Below, piece by piece: positions 1 through 9,479 of a DNA stretch of 64,000 nt. Below the pieces are notes generated by a model that saw nothing but the letters and a program-made list of their open reading frames with translations, was not told where the DNA came from and made no database searches. The stretch is from Candidatus Hydrogenedens sp. (lineage in GTDB: Bacteria > Hydrogenedentota > Hydrogenedentia > Hydrogenedentales > Hydrogenedentaceae), in the NCBI GenBank assembly GCA_049968235.1, contig JBMFRC010000003.1:203463-267462 (forward strand). Direction: 5' to 3'. How positions within the stretch are numbered: position 1 is the first letter of the stretch; each line of letters starts with the position of its first letter. Position numbers and translations under genes: made by a program.

Positions 1-597
1 GAGGGGGGAAAAGGAGGTCCAGCAGGGAAACCTTTTAACACGGAGTTTCAAGTAAATCGTAACACCATAAGCGTTCCCACCTTTTTACATAGATCCAATC
101 GACTTTCGGCAGACTTAATATTACAGGAAATTGCGTTACGTAAAATAGGACTGCAGGATTTGCTCAAAGGGGTAGAGGCAAAAAATGTTAAGATTGAGCG
201 TACACCAAATAGTTGGCCTCTTGCGAGACGGATGGGTAAGTTGACGTCCTATTTTGGATATCGTATAGACCCATTCACGCGGAGAATAAAACATCATGAT
301 GGATTGGACATTTCAGCACCTTACGGCACGCAGGTAATATCCGCTGGTAAAGGGACGGTAAGTTTTGCGGGGCGTGAAGGGGATTATGGGAAGATGGTTA
401 TTATTGACCATGGCGATGGTATGCAGACTGCATATGCTCATCTATCACAGATTCATGTTACTGTGGGTCAAAAAGTGGAAAAAGGACAGGTTATCGGTGC
501 AGTAGGGAGCACAGGTAGAAGTACAGGTCCGCATTTACATTTTGAAGTCCGAATTGGAAAGCAATCCGTAAATCCGTTAAAATACTTGAGTAGATAA
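1..597 (+). CDS. M23 family metallopeptidase (LytM domain), 5' partial
   Basis: The frame is open from base 1, so the gene probably starts upstream of the window. C-terminal LytM/M23 motifs are present: HxxxD-like 'KHHDGLDI', 'DHGDGMQTAYAHL', 'GSTGRSTGPHLHFE'. Confidence 0.75.
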   Translation, partial: EGGKGGPAGKPFNTEFQVNRNTISVPTFLHRSNRLSADLILQEIALRKIGLQDLLKGVEAKNVKIERTPNSWPLARRMGKLTSYFGYRIDPFTRRIKHHDGLDISAPYGTQVISAGKGTVSFAGREGDYGKMVIIDHGDGMQTAYAHLSQIHVTVGQKVEKGQVIGAVGSTGRSTGPHLHFEVRIGKQSVNPLKYLSR

Positions 598-665
598 CAA
601 TTGTTGGCTTTTTAATAAATCGGTCTTTTATAAAAACCAAGTGAATTAAAGAGTAGGAAAGTATT

Positions 666-1043
666 ATGTTAGATGTAAGAAAGAAAGGTCCTGGTGAAAT
701 GGATGTAAAGAGTGTAATTGGTCCGGGCACAGTAGTAAATGGTGATATAACATCAGAAGGCTCACTCCGAATAGAAGGAGAGGTCATCGGTAAGATCACC
801 AGTAAAGATACTGTTGTAATTCATGATAACGGAAAAGTTAAAGCAGAGATTCGGGGACAGCAGGTTATCGTAAGCGGTGAAGTCCAAGGAAATATCTTTG
901 CAACGGAGCGATTGGAAATTACCGCTTCCGGTAGAGTTATTGGGGATATTACTGCTCCCCGCGTTAGTATTGCAGAAGGAGTCGTGTTTGAAGGAAAATG
1001 TACCATGAAACCCCCTTCATCTCCGAAATCTCAGCAGAAGTAA
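666..1043 (+). CDS. bactofilin (polymer-forming cytoskeletal protein, DUF583)
   Basis: 125 aa. Repetitive beta-helical bactofilin core 'VNGDITSEGSLRIEGEVIGKITSKDTVVIHDNGKVKAEIRGQQVIVSGEVQGNI...'. SD 'aggaaag' lies 6 nt upstream of the ATG. Confidence 0.8.
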   Translation: MLDVRKKGPGEMDVKSVIGPGTVVNGDITSEGSLRIEGEVIGKITSKDTVVIHDNGKVKAEIRGQQVIVSGEVQGNIFATERLEITASGRVIGDITAPRVSIAEGVVFEGKCTMKPPSSPKSQQK

Positions 1044-1076
1044 AAGAGAGTATTCAAGTCTGATAGGTCGGATGTA

Positions 1077-1553
1077 TCAGGTACTATTATCTTTCAATTT
1101 CATTTTTTTTAGTTTCCTCCAGAGTGTGTTTCTGCCAATACCTAATCTGCGTGCTGTTTCTGAACGATTAAAATGACATTCTGCCAGAGTTTTTAGTATG
1201 GTTTCGGTTTCCAGTTCCATGAGCGTTACGGATTTTTTTTCGAGCATAGTTTTACCCGTTTTCCATTGTCCAAGGGCTCTTTGTATCATCATGGCTACTT
1301 CATCCGGCTGGAAAGGAATAAAAATATATCCATATACTCCTTGTCTCATTAATTCTACCGCCTGAGGTATTTGTTGTGCTGAAGCAAGAACGAGCGTGGG
1401 TTGATTTTCTGCATGTCGCAATGCAAACGAATAATCATCGGTAATCAATACATCAGCGGAATCGTTTACAATAACGTATCCATATGCCTCAATGAGCATT
1501 TTCAGAGTAAACTCGTTGATAGGTTGTTGAATAACTAATTTTATACGAGCCAT
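1077..1553 (-). CDS. Fis-family HTH transcriptional regulator with N-terminal receiver-like domain (no AAA+ module)
   Basis: C-terminal NtrC/Fis-type HTH 'NRSETARRLGIGRNTLWRKLKK'. N-terminal ~100 aa has a CheY-like fold pattern with 'VLITDD'. Confidence 0.55.
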   Translation of the reverse strand: MARIKLVIQQPINEFTLKMLIEAYGYVIVNDSADVLITDDYSFALRHAENQPTLVLASAQQIPQAVELMRQGVYGYIFIPFQPDEVAMMIQRALGQWKTGKTMLEKKSVTLMELETETILKTLAECHFNRSETARRLGIGRNTLWRKLKKMKLKDNST

Positions 1554-1640
1554 GTAAACAATCCTTTTACTTTCCTTTTTTTATACATAGTATAATACAT
1601 TCCAAAAAGAATTAATATAGAAGGGAACTATCGGAAATTT

Positions 1641-3041
1641 ATGTCTCAATCCGTTTATGAAAATACTACTGCCAAACATTTACTATGGGTAGAAGCCATT
1701 CGTGAAGTGTTCTATATGTCCTGGCCTATTGTGTTAGGTTCCCTTTCCTATACGGTTATGGAATTCTGTGATAAATGGATGGTCGCTCAATTAGGAACGG
1801 TATCTCTGGCGGCGGTCGGTTCTGCAGGAATATGGTCCTATACGATGAGCACATTACTGTTGGGTATTGTCGGTTGCACAGGGACATTCGTGGCACAGTC
1901 GTATGGTAAAGAAGTGTGGAAAGATTGTTCGAGGTATACATGGCAGGGAATTTATCTGGCATTGTTCTCTATCCTGTTGGCAGGGGTATTGTTCGTTTTT
2001 TCAGAGTTGTTGTTTTCATGGATGAAGCACAGTCCCGAAGTAACCCGCCAAGAACTAATTTATTTCCGTATCCGATTACTGGGCTATTTCCCGATGGCTA
2101 TGGGTTCCGCTTTAGCATCATTTTTCCCTTCTATCAACAAACCTCGTGTTCCCATGTATTCTGCCATTATAGGAAATATCTTAAATTTAATATTAAACTA
2201 TATTCTGATTTTTGGTAAATTAGGATTTCCACGGCTGGAAATAGCTGGCGCCAGTTATGCTACTGTAATCTCGCAATGGACGCAGACATTAATTCTATTC
2301 TTTCTCTTTCTGAAACCGAAATTACATCAAAAATTTGGGACACGGACATATCATCATTTTGATTTACGACGGATGAAGGAATTAATACGAATTGGGATAC
2401 CTGCGGGTCTATCTATGTTTTTAGATATTTGTAATTGGAGTATATTTACCAGTTTCATCGTAGGTAGGTTTGGAGATGTTTCCCTTGCATCCCACAATGT
2501 AGCCATCAGTTTTATGCACTTGTGTTTTATGCCTGCAGTTGCTGTGAGTATTGGTATATCTGCCATTGTAGGGCAGTGGTTGGGAAGGCGTGAAGTGCAG
2601 ATAGCCAAACAACGGGTTTATGTAGCACTGGCGCTTTGTATGGGGTATATGGTAACAATGGGTATTATTCTTGCCGTTTTTGGGGGTAAACTTATTTACC
2701 ATATATTTAGTAAAGACCCGGAGGTTGTCCGTTTTGGACATCGACTATTAATTTTGGCTGCTTTATTTCAAGCATTTGATGCCGTTAATATTATTTGTTT
2801 AGGTGCCTTGCGGGGTGCTGGCGATACCCGCTGGGTTATGTGGGCAATGGTTATCAATGCATATTGCCTTTTCCTCCCTCTGGCAATTATTATGGGCTTC
2901 ATTTTGGGTTGGGGTGCTTTTGGTTCCTGGATTTCTGCTACTATTTACATTGCTGTTTTAAGTATGACACTCATATATCGTTTCCTTTCTGAAAAGTGGA
3001 CGAAAATTATTATTTTTTCGGAACAAGTGCCAACTCAATAA
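1641..3041 (+). CDS. MATE family efflux transporter
   Basis: 466 aa, 12 predicted TM helices in a duplicated 6+6 layout typical of MATE/NorM. Confidence 0.75.
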   Translation: MSQSVYENTTAKHLLWVEAIREVFYMSWPIVLGSLSYTVMEFCDKWMVAQLGTVSLAAVGSAGIWSYTMSTLLLGIVGCTGTFVAQSYGKEVWKDCSRYTWQGIYLALFSILLAGVLFVFSELLFSWMKHSPEVTRQELIYFRIRLLGYFPMAMGSALASFFPSINKPRVPMYSAIIGNILNLILNYILIFGKLGFPRLEIAGASYATVISQWTQTLILFFLFLKPKLHQKFGTRTYHHFDLRRMKELIRIGIPAGLSMFLDICNWSIFTSFIVGRFGDVSLASHNVAISFMHLCFMPAVAVSIGISAIVGQWLGRREVQIAKQRVYVALALCMGYMVTMGIILAVFGGKLIYHIFSKDPEVVRFGHRLLILAALFQAFDAVNIICLGALRGAGDTRWVMWAMVINAYCLFLPLAIIMGFILGWGAFGSWISATIYIAVLSMTLIYRFLSEKWTKIIIFSEQVPTQ

Positions 3042-3171
3042 AACTTCTATTTAAGATTTGCTTTTTATTTTATTGTCGGTTTTCAAATCTATGTTAAATG
3101 TGGTATTATGAAATTTAATGCAAATGTGGAATGTTCAGAAAAGATAAAACCATTATTAGAAGGAGCAATAT

Positions 3172-3858
3172 ATGAATTACAAAAGGACACTGTCAATAAT
3201 GTTCACAATGATTATTTTTGTGTTCTCAATTATGATGTTTCTTAAAGCAGAGGACTCAAAATCTGCAGAGAAAGGCGATTGGATTTCATTATTTGATGGG
3301 AAATCATTACAGGGTTGGGTTCAATTTATTCCTGACCCCAATGCAGACCCTTCAAAAACATGGATGATAAAAGACGGAGTTATTCTTTGTACCGGGAAGC
3401 CAGCCGGTTATATTCGCACAGACAAAAAATTTGGGAATTATCAGTTACAATTGGAATGGCGTTGGGCAGGCTCTCCCGGAAATAGTGGCGTCCTGCTTCA
3501 TGTTCAGGATAAAGATGAAGTCTGGCCTAAATCTATCGAGGCACAACTCATGCATAAGAATGCGGGAGATTTCTGGGTAATTGGGGGTACAGATTTTGAG
3601 GAGCATCAGAAACACGCAAGCAAAGATGATGACCGTCGTGTGCCAAAGCGGGAGAAATGTAGTGAAAAGAAGCCTGGCGAGTGGAATCAATATGATATTT
3701 GGTGCGATGGGGATACCATTCGTGTTTTTGTAAATGGTGTATTACAAAATGAAGCACATAAATGCACCGTAACAGAGGGTTATATTGGATTACAAAGCGA
3801 AGGGGCCCCTATTGAATTTCGTAATATCAAATTAAGAAAGTTAGAACCCAAAAAGTAA
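3172..3858 (+). CDS. DUF1080 / 3-keto-disaccharide hydrolase domain protein (secreted)
   Basis: Signal peptide followed by a LamG-like jelly-roll with hallmark 'WISLFDGKSLQGW...W...DGVI' and 'GYIGLQSEGAPIEFRNIKL'. Confidence 0.7.
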   Translation: MNYKRTLSIMFTMIIFVFSIMMFLKAEDSKSAEKGDWISLFDGKSLQGWVQFIPDPNADPSKTWMIKDGVILCTGKPAGYIRTDKKFGNYQLQLEWRWAGSPGNSGVLLHVQDKDEVWPKSIEAQLMHKNAGDFWVIGGTDFEEHQKHASKDDDRRVPKREKCSEKKPGEWNQYDIWCDGDTIRVFVNGVLQNEAHKCTVTEGYIGLQSEGAPIEFRNIKLRKLEPKK

Positions 3859-4041
3859 CCATTCAGAAAGTAATTTTTATCAATTTTGTTTTGTTGTATA
3901 ATTCTAAAAGTAAAGATATAACTCATTTCTAATAAGCAAGTTGTGTAAGTTAAAATGGATGAAAATAATTTTTAACTTAAAAAAGAGAAACGAAATGAGT
4001 ATTCAATGTAATATACTTATAGGAGTAAAAAATAACATATA

Positions 4042-4446
4042 TTGAAGGAAAACACAATGAAAACTTTCTTTTCTTTCCATTGGATATTTACTTCCCTGTT
4101 ATTACTATGTATTATGGTATTTTTAACAGGATGCCCCAAACCGGATTTGCAGGTATCCGCATTATCACATCATTTTGGCGGGGATATATATACCGGTACT
4201 ATAGAGACGGACTGGGAGTTTCAAATTTGGAACGCCGGTGACAAAAACTCTACCCTATTCTATAAAGTGGAACCTACAAGAAATTGGATTCTTGTAAATC
4301 CAGATTCCGGAAAAATTGCTCAATCTGATAAACCGGTAAATATTTCTGTTCATATCAACCGTAGTAACAATCAAAAGGGATTGCCTTCTTTTGCCACAGG
4401 ATATATTAAAGTTTCAGGAGGTGGGAAAAAAAAACAATTACAGTAA
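4042..4446 (+). CDS. hypothetical lipoprotein (lipobox LTGC); possibly the N-terminal part of a frameshifted longer gene
   Basis: Signal peptide plus lipobox 'FLTGC'. Ends in GGGKKKQLQ* immediately after an A9 homopolymer (4426..4434). Confidence 0.5.
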   Translation: MKENTMKTFFSFHWIFTSLLLLCIMVFLTGCPKPDLQVSALSHHFGGDIYTGTIETDWEFQIWNAGDKNSTLFYKVEPTRNWILVNPDSGKIAQSDKPVNISVHINRSNNQKGLPSFATGYIKVSGGGKKKQLQ

Positions 4447-4505
4447 CAACAGTTCCTAATTTCTATACTGAAGTATTTGGTGGATTTTATAATCGACCTT
4501 TTGAT

Positions 4506-5111
4506 TTGTCCAATACCACATTGGTGTTTATACCGGACAGTAATAGCCTTCATTTCTATAAGCAGGGAATAAAGAAAAATGTCCAACAATTTCCTCAACA
4601 AACACCAGATATAGGACAACCTGCCTTTTTTTCAATTAGGGACCCATTTTATATAAAATCCACAATAGCCCCGATACCTTTTTATGGAGTTAAATATGAT
4701 GATATTTACATTTCCAGTAAAGGATTTATCTCTTTCGGAGCAGAGGGATTGGAACCTACAAGTGTGGGCAGACATTTTGCATATCCACAAATTTCCCTTT
4801 TACCTCTGGATGTATTGAAAGCAGATGAAGATGGCGGTGTTATTTACACTATTCTACCTCAAAAGTTAGTTATTTCATGGATAAACATTCCTCTTGCACA
4901 AAATCCGACAATCGGTGAAGATGGTAAGGCATATAAAAACAATATTCAGGTTGAGTTGTTCTATGATGGGAAGATTCAGATAACTTATCTTAGCATTGAT
5001 CCGAAACAATTTGTCGCTGTTGTTGGTTTATCTTGTGGTGGGGGTGATGGAACAAACCCTCCTGTGCAGGATTTTGTTATCAGTGATTTATCAAGTGCTC
5101 CGGAAATATAA
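4506..5111 (+). CDS. hypothetical protein; frame is open from 4410 and may be the C-terminal part of the upstream lipoprotein
   Basis: No signal peptide and no SD; TTG start. The reading frame is open upstream back to the poly-A tract. Confidence 0.4.
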   Translation: MSNTTLVFIPDSNSLHFYKQGIKKNVQQFPQQTPDIGQPAFFSIRDPFYIKSTIAPIPFYGVKYDDIYISSKGFISFGAEGLEPTSVGRHFAYPQISLLPLDVLKADEDGGVIYTILPQKLVISWINIPLAQNPTIGEDGKAYKNNIQVELFYDGKIQITYLSIDPKQFVAVVGLSCGGGDGTNPPVQDFVISDLSSAPEI

Positions 5112-5126
5112 ATTTTCTAAAATAAA

Positions 5127-5160
5127 ACGCTCCGAACACCTGAGTTGGGAGCGTTTTGTT
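5127..5160. terminator. bidirectional rho-independent terminator between convergent genes
   Basis: Hairpin 'AAACGCTCC gaacacctgagttg GGAGCGTTT' followed by TGTTTT. Flanked by T-rich sequence on both strands. Confidence 0.6.
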
Positions 5161-5200
5161 TTCGATTATCTCTTGTGCTTGTACTAAATGGAACAAATTT

Positions 5201-5404
5201 CTATTGAACTGTTTCGGATTCCATAATAGAACGGGATACCGCTTTGATTAGCCTTCTACGGCGGCGTTCCGATGGTTTTTCATAATGGCGGAGTTCACGA
5301 AGTCTCTGCATAATACCATCTTTATTGCACTTTTTCTTAAAACGCCTCATAGCCTTATCAAAAGACTCTTCCGGCTTAATTCGAACCTTTGTCAAAGAAA
5401 TCAA
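5201..5404 (-). CDS. rpsU: 30S ribosomal protein S21
   Basis: 67 aa, 'EESFDKAMRRFKKKCNKDGIMQRLRELRHYEKPSERRRRR' matches the S21 family. Confidence 0.85.
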   Translation of the reverse strand: MISLTKVRIKPEESFDKAMRRFKKKCNKDGIMQRLRELRHYEKPSERRRRRLIKAVSRSIMESETVQ

Positions 5405-5628
5405 CCTCCTTTCAATATAAATTTATGAGTTGAAAAGGATTTTTATTATATAACAAATAGGGGTAATATTTCAATAGATAATCTATTTTTATTTTTACTT
5501 CTATTTATGCTAAAATAATAAATCAATGTAGTGGAGATGGGGTTCTCCTAAATCGCCGATGTGGCTGATGACTCCTACCTGAAATATCCTCAATGTAACT
5601 CTCTTTATTTTTATGAAAGGAATATGAC

Positions 5629-6822
5629 ATGGAACATCTATATCTATCTGCATCAATCTGGTTATTTCTCGCCCTAACCTCCGCTATCATTGCATATTAC
5701 TTGAAGGTTTCTATTGCTTTGATAGAGATTTGTGTAGGTATTATCGCAGGATATATAGCGACCCATTTTCTACAGACCGATTTGCTTAATAATAATGAAG
5801 AATGGTTAAAATTTCTTGCAGGTAGTGGAGCCATTTTTCTTACTTTCCTTGCAGGTGCTGAATTAGAGCCTACTGTGATTAAAAATAAATGGAAGGAGGT
5901 TCTTCTTATCGGCTTGATTGGATTTTTTTCTCCATTTGTCGGTTGTTCATTGATTGCTCATTTTTTGTTAGGGTGGGACCCGAGAGCCAGTTTGCTATGT
6001 GGTGTAGCCCTATCAACTACTTCAATGGCTGTGGTTTATGCGGTGATGATTGACACAGGATTAAATGTTACAGAATTTGGGAAGGGCATATTAGGTTCTT
6101 GTTTTATCAATGATATCGGGACCGTTCTCGCTTTAGGAATCATCTTTGCACCGTTTACCTACAAGACCTTTATCTTTATTACTATAACAATTATTTATCT
6201 TGTTCTTTTCCCGTTTTTTACCAACCATCTGACGAAGGTATATGGGAATCGAACTGCTGCAATTCGAACCAAATGGATTTCATTCACACTGTTCGGATTA
6301 GGTGCATTAGCACTATGGTCGGGCAATGAAGCAGTCTTGCCTGCCTATATAGCGGGTATGGTCCTTGCAGAATTCAGTCAAAGAAATCCTATATGGTTAC
6401 GAAGATTACGAACTTTGACCATCGGATTTCTTACCCCATTTTATTTTTTAAGGGCAGGCACACTTGTATCCGTTCCTGCATTAATTTCTGCACCATTTCT
6501 TATCGTTGCCCTATTAGGGGCAAAAGTAGTTTCCAAGATATTTGGACTATACCCTTTTATCATACAATTTCGGAAAGAAAAAAATGAACGATGGTATTAC
6601 ACCTTGATGATGTCCACAGGACTCACCTTCGGAACTATCTCTGCTCTATTTGGATATTCTCATAATATTATCAATACAGAACAATATTCCTATATAGTAA
6701 TTGCTGTTATTGCAAGTGCTGTAATTCCAACTATGTTTGCATCCTACCTCTTCACACCGAGACATCTTTTATCTCAGAAAATTCATGTCTCAAAATCTAT
6801 ACATGAATTATCTGAGGAATAG
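5629..6822 (+). CDS. cation:proton antiporter (Na+/H+ exchanger family)
   Basis: 397 aa polytopic membrane protein with CPA-type N-terminal helices ('ICVGIIAGYI') and 10-12 TM segments. Confidence 0.6.
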   Translation: MEHLYLSASIWLFLALTSAIIAYYLKVSIALIEICVGIIAGYIATHFLQTDLLNNNEEWLKFLAGSGAIFLTFLAGAELEPTVIKNKWKEVLLIGLIGFFSPFVGCSLIAHFLLGWDPRASLLCGVALSTTSMAVVYAVMIDTGLNVTEFGKGILGSCFINDIGTVLALGIIFAPFTYKTFIFITITIIYLVLFPFFTNHLTKVYGNRTAAIRTKWISFTLFGLGALALWSGNEAVLPAYIAGMVLAEFSQRNPIWLRRLRTLTIGFLTPFYFLRAGTLVSVPALISAPFLIVALLGAKVVSKIFGLYPFIIQFRKEKNERWYYTLMMSTGLTFGTISALFGYSHNIINTEQYSYIVIAVIASAVIPTMFASYLFTPRHLLSQKIHVSKSIHELSEE

Positions 6823-7057
6823 TAACCCCGTTACAATGTAAATAAATTGAATATTCCCTTTAATTTATGCGATAATATAGTCCCCGATAAGTAAAGAGAG
6901 CGGTGAGGGGGAAATAATCAGGAAAAAATGCTTCCGTTCTAAAAGACGGATTGTTAATTGTTAATATACATTTGCAAAATAAAATCACTATATAGCAAAC
7001 AAGTATTCGTATAAATAAAAACCAAACAAATAACTTTTAACAAGAAAGGGTTCAGTT

Positions 7058-8056
7058 ATGGCAATCAAGGTTGGTATTAATGGTTTTGGTCGTATTGGTC
7101 GCACGGTATTTAAACTTTTGGTAAAAAGCGCTGATTTTGAGGTTGTTGGCGTTAATGATATTACCGATGCGAAAACTCTGGCTCACTTGCTCAAATACGA
7201 CAGTGTATTTGGTGTTCTCGATGCAGAAGTAAAGGCAACGGAAAATTCAATTATTGTTAATGGGAAAGAATACAAAGTAACTGCAATAAAAGACCCGGCA
7301 CAACTTCCCTGGAAAGATTTAGGTGCGGAAATTGTAGTTGAATCAACAGGGATTTTTACCAAGAAGGATGATTGCTTAAAGCATGTTTCTGCGGGTGCTA
7401 AAAAAGTTTTGTTAACAGTCCCACCGAAGGATGAAGTGGATGCTATTATCGTTATGGGTGTAAATGATGAAACATTGAAACCTACGGATGTCGTCGTTTC
7501 TAATGCCAGTTGCACTACGAATTGTCTTGCTCCTGTTGCCAAAGTCCTTCACAAGAATTTTGGAATTATTCGTGGCTTTATGACTACGGTTCATGCTTAT
7601 ACAAATGACCAGCGTGTGCTTGATATGCCTCATAAAGACCTTCGTCGTGCCCGTGCTGCTGCGAATTCCATTATTCCTACTACAACCGGTGCAGCAAGAG
7701 CGGTTGGTAAAGTATTACCTGAATTAAAAGGGAAATTAGATGGTTTTGCCATGCGTGTTCCGGTTATTGATGGTTCTGTGGTTGATCTTGTTGCGGAATT
7801 GGAAAAGAAAGCGACGAAAGAAGATATTAACAAGGCAATTAAAGAGGCATCCGAAACCTTACTTAAAGGCATCCTTGCATACACGGAAGACCCGATAGTC
7901 TCCTGTGATGTAATCGGCAACTCACATTCCAGTATTTTCGATGCACAAAGCACTATGGTAATGGGCGATAACTTTGTAAAAGTAGTATCCTGGTATGATA
8001 ACGAATTTGGTTATTCCAACCGTTGTGTCGATTTGCTTAAATTGATGGCAAAATAA
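7058..8056 (+). CDS. gap: glyceraldehyde-3-phosphate dehydrogenase (type I)
   Basis: Rossmann 'INGFGRIGR' and active-site 'SNASCTTNCLAP'. 332 aa. Confidence 0.95.
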   Translation: MAIKVGINGFGRIGRTVFKLLVKSADFEVVGVNDITDAKTLAHLLKYDSVFGVLDAEVKATENSIIVNGKEYKVTAIKDPAQLPWKDLGAEIVVESTGIFTKKDDCLKHVSAGAKKVLLTVPPKDEVDAIIVMGVNDETLKPTDVVVSNASCTTNCLAPVAKVLHKNFGIIRGFMTTVHAYTNDQRVLDMPHKDLRRARAAANSIIPTTTGAARAVGKVLPELKGKLDGFAMRVPVIDGSVVDLVAELEKKATKEDINKAIKEASETLLKGILAYTEDPIVSCDVIGNSHSSIFDAQSTMVMGDNFVKVVSWYDNEFGYSNRCVDLLKLMAK

Positions 8057-8104
8057 CCTGTTTAACATATAGAAATAAAAAACAACACACCTTATTGAAA
8101 GGAT

Positions 8105-9358
8105 GTGGATATGAATAAATTAACATTAAAAGATATTGATGTCCGTGGTAAGCGTGTTCTTATGCGGGTAGATTTCAATGTTCCGCAGAATGAAGACGGC
8201 TCTGTCCGTGATGATACCCGTATTCGCGCCGCTTTACCCAGCATTCAGTATGTTCGTGAGAACGGTGGAAAATTAATCCTGATGTCACATTTAGGAAGAC
8301 CGAAGGACTATATTAAAGCAGGAGATACCGAAGGCTTAAAGAAATTGAAGTTAGATCCCGTTGCAGACCGTTTGCGTGAGTTAATAGGTGGTAATGTGAA
8401 GAAGGTTGACCAGGTAGTCGGTCCCGAGGTTGAGAAAGCAGTAGCGGAAATGCAACCGGGTGATATTGTATTACTTGAAAACACACGATTTGAAAAAGGT
8501 GAAGAGAAAAACGACCCGGAACTTTCCCAGCAATTGGCGAAGTTAGGGGATGTTTATGTAAGCGATGCCTTTGGTACCGTGCACCGTGCTCATGCTTCTA
8601 CCGAAGGTGTAACGAAGTTTATGCCTGTAAGTGTTGCAGGTTTTCTGGTAGCCAAAGAAATTGAATACTTTGAAAAAGTATTAAAGAATCCGGAACATCC
8701 TCTGGTGGCGATATTAGGTGGCAAGAAGGTAAATGACAAGATTAAGGTCATTGAGAACCTGCTCAACCTGGTAGATGTTCTGATTATTGGTGGTGGTATG
8801 TCTTATACCTTCTTGAAAGCCATGGGCTATGAAATTGGCGATTCGCTTTTAGATAAGGAAGGAATTGAATTTGCTAAAAATGCAATGGAAAAAGCCAGAG
8901 AACGCAATATTCCTTTATTATTACCGGAAGACATTGTCGTTGCTAACCGTTTTGCCGTAGATGCAGATACGAAGGTTGTTCCCGCAGATGGAATAGAACC
9001 CGGCTGGATGGGTATGGACATTGGTCCGAAGACAATCGAAAATTTCTGCGATGAAATTCGTAAGGCAAAGATGGTGGTTTGGAACGGACCCGTCGGTGTT
9101 TTTGAAATGGAGCCTTTTGCAAAGGGTTCTCGGGCGATTGCAGAATGCCTTGCCAATAGCGATGCGATTAGTGTTATCGGTGGTGGTGATACCGCAGCAG
9201 CCATTGAAGCCTTTGGTTTAACAGATAAGATGTCCCATGTATCCACCGGTGGCGGTGCATCTCTCGAAATGTTAGAAGGGAAACAATTACCCGGTGTAGT
9301 TGCCCTTACAGATATTGATGCAGTCTCCGGATGTGGTTGTGGATGCACTTGCTGTTAA
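8105..9358 (+). CDS. pgk: phosphoglycerate kinase (with unusual C-terminal Cys/Gly tail)
   Basis: Full-length PGK motifs ('RVDFNVP', 'MSHLGRP', 'GGGMSYTFLKA', 'GGGDTAAA'). Ends '...SGCGCGCTCC'. Confidence 0.95.
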   Translation: MDMNKLTLKDIDVRGKRVLMRVDFNVPQNEDGSVRDDTRIRAALPSIQYVRENGGKLILMSHLGRPKDYIKAGDTEGLKKLKLDPVADRLRELIGGNVKKVDQVVGPEVEKAVAEMQPGDIVLLENTRFEKGEEKNDPELSQQLAKLGDVYVSDAFGTVHRAHASTEGVTKFMPVSVAGFLVAKEIEYFEKVLKNPEHPLVAILGGKKVNDKIKVIENLLNLVDVLIIGGGMSYTFLKAMGYEIGDSLLDKEGIEFAKNAMEKARERNIPLLLPEDIVVANRFAVDADTKVVPADGIEPGWMGMDIGPKTIENFCDEIRKAKMVVWNGPVGVFEMEPFAKGSRAIAECLANSDAISVIGGGDTAAAIEAFGLTDKMSHVSTGGGASLEMLEGKQLPGVVALTDIDAVSGCGCGCTCC

Positions 9359-9428
9359 ATCGCTTTTTGAGATAGGACAACTTTTAAGTTTATAATAGAA
9401 ATGTAAATTTAACTACCCAGCACCTGGA

Positions 9429-9453
9429 GAGGGGAGATGTGAACCCCTCTCTA
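9429..9453 (+). promoter_or_regulatory. perfect 8-bp stem hairpin in the rpsO leader (candidate S15 autoregulatory or attenuator element)
   Basis: GAGAGGGG-agatgtgaa-CCCCTCTC lies about 15 nt upstream of the rpsO SD. There is no trailing T-run, so it is unlikely to be a simple terminator. Confidence 0.35.
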
Positions 9454-9479
9454 AGGTTGGGCGAATGAAAGGAAAAAAT

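Noticed and set aside
8827-9348. 173-aa minus-strand ORF
   Set aside because: Fully antisense to the strongly supported pgk gene. Same reasoning applies to 11447..12022 inside pnp and 53324..53812 and 54254..54514 inside the AsmA-like gene.
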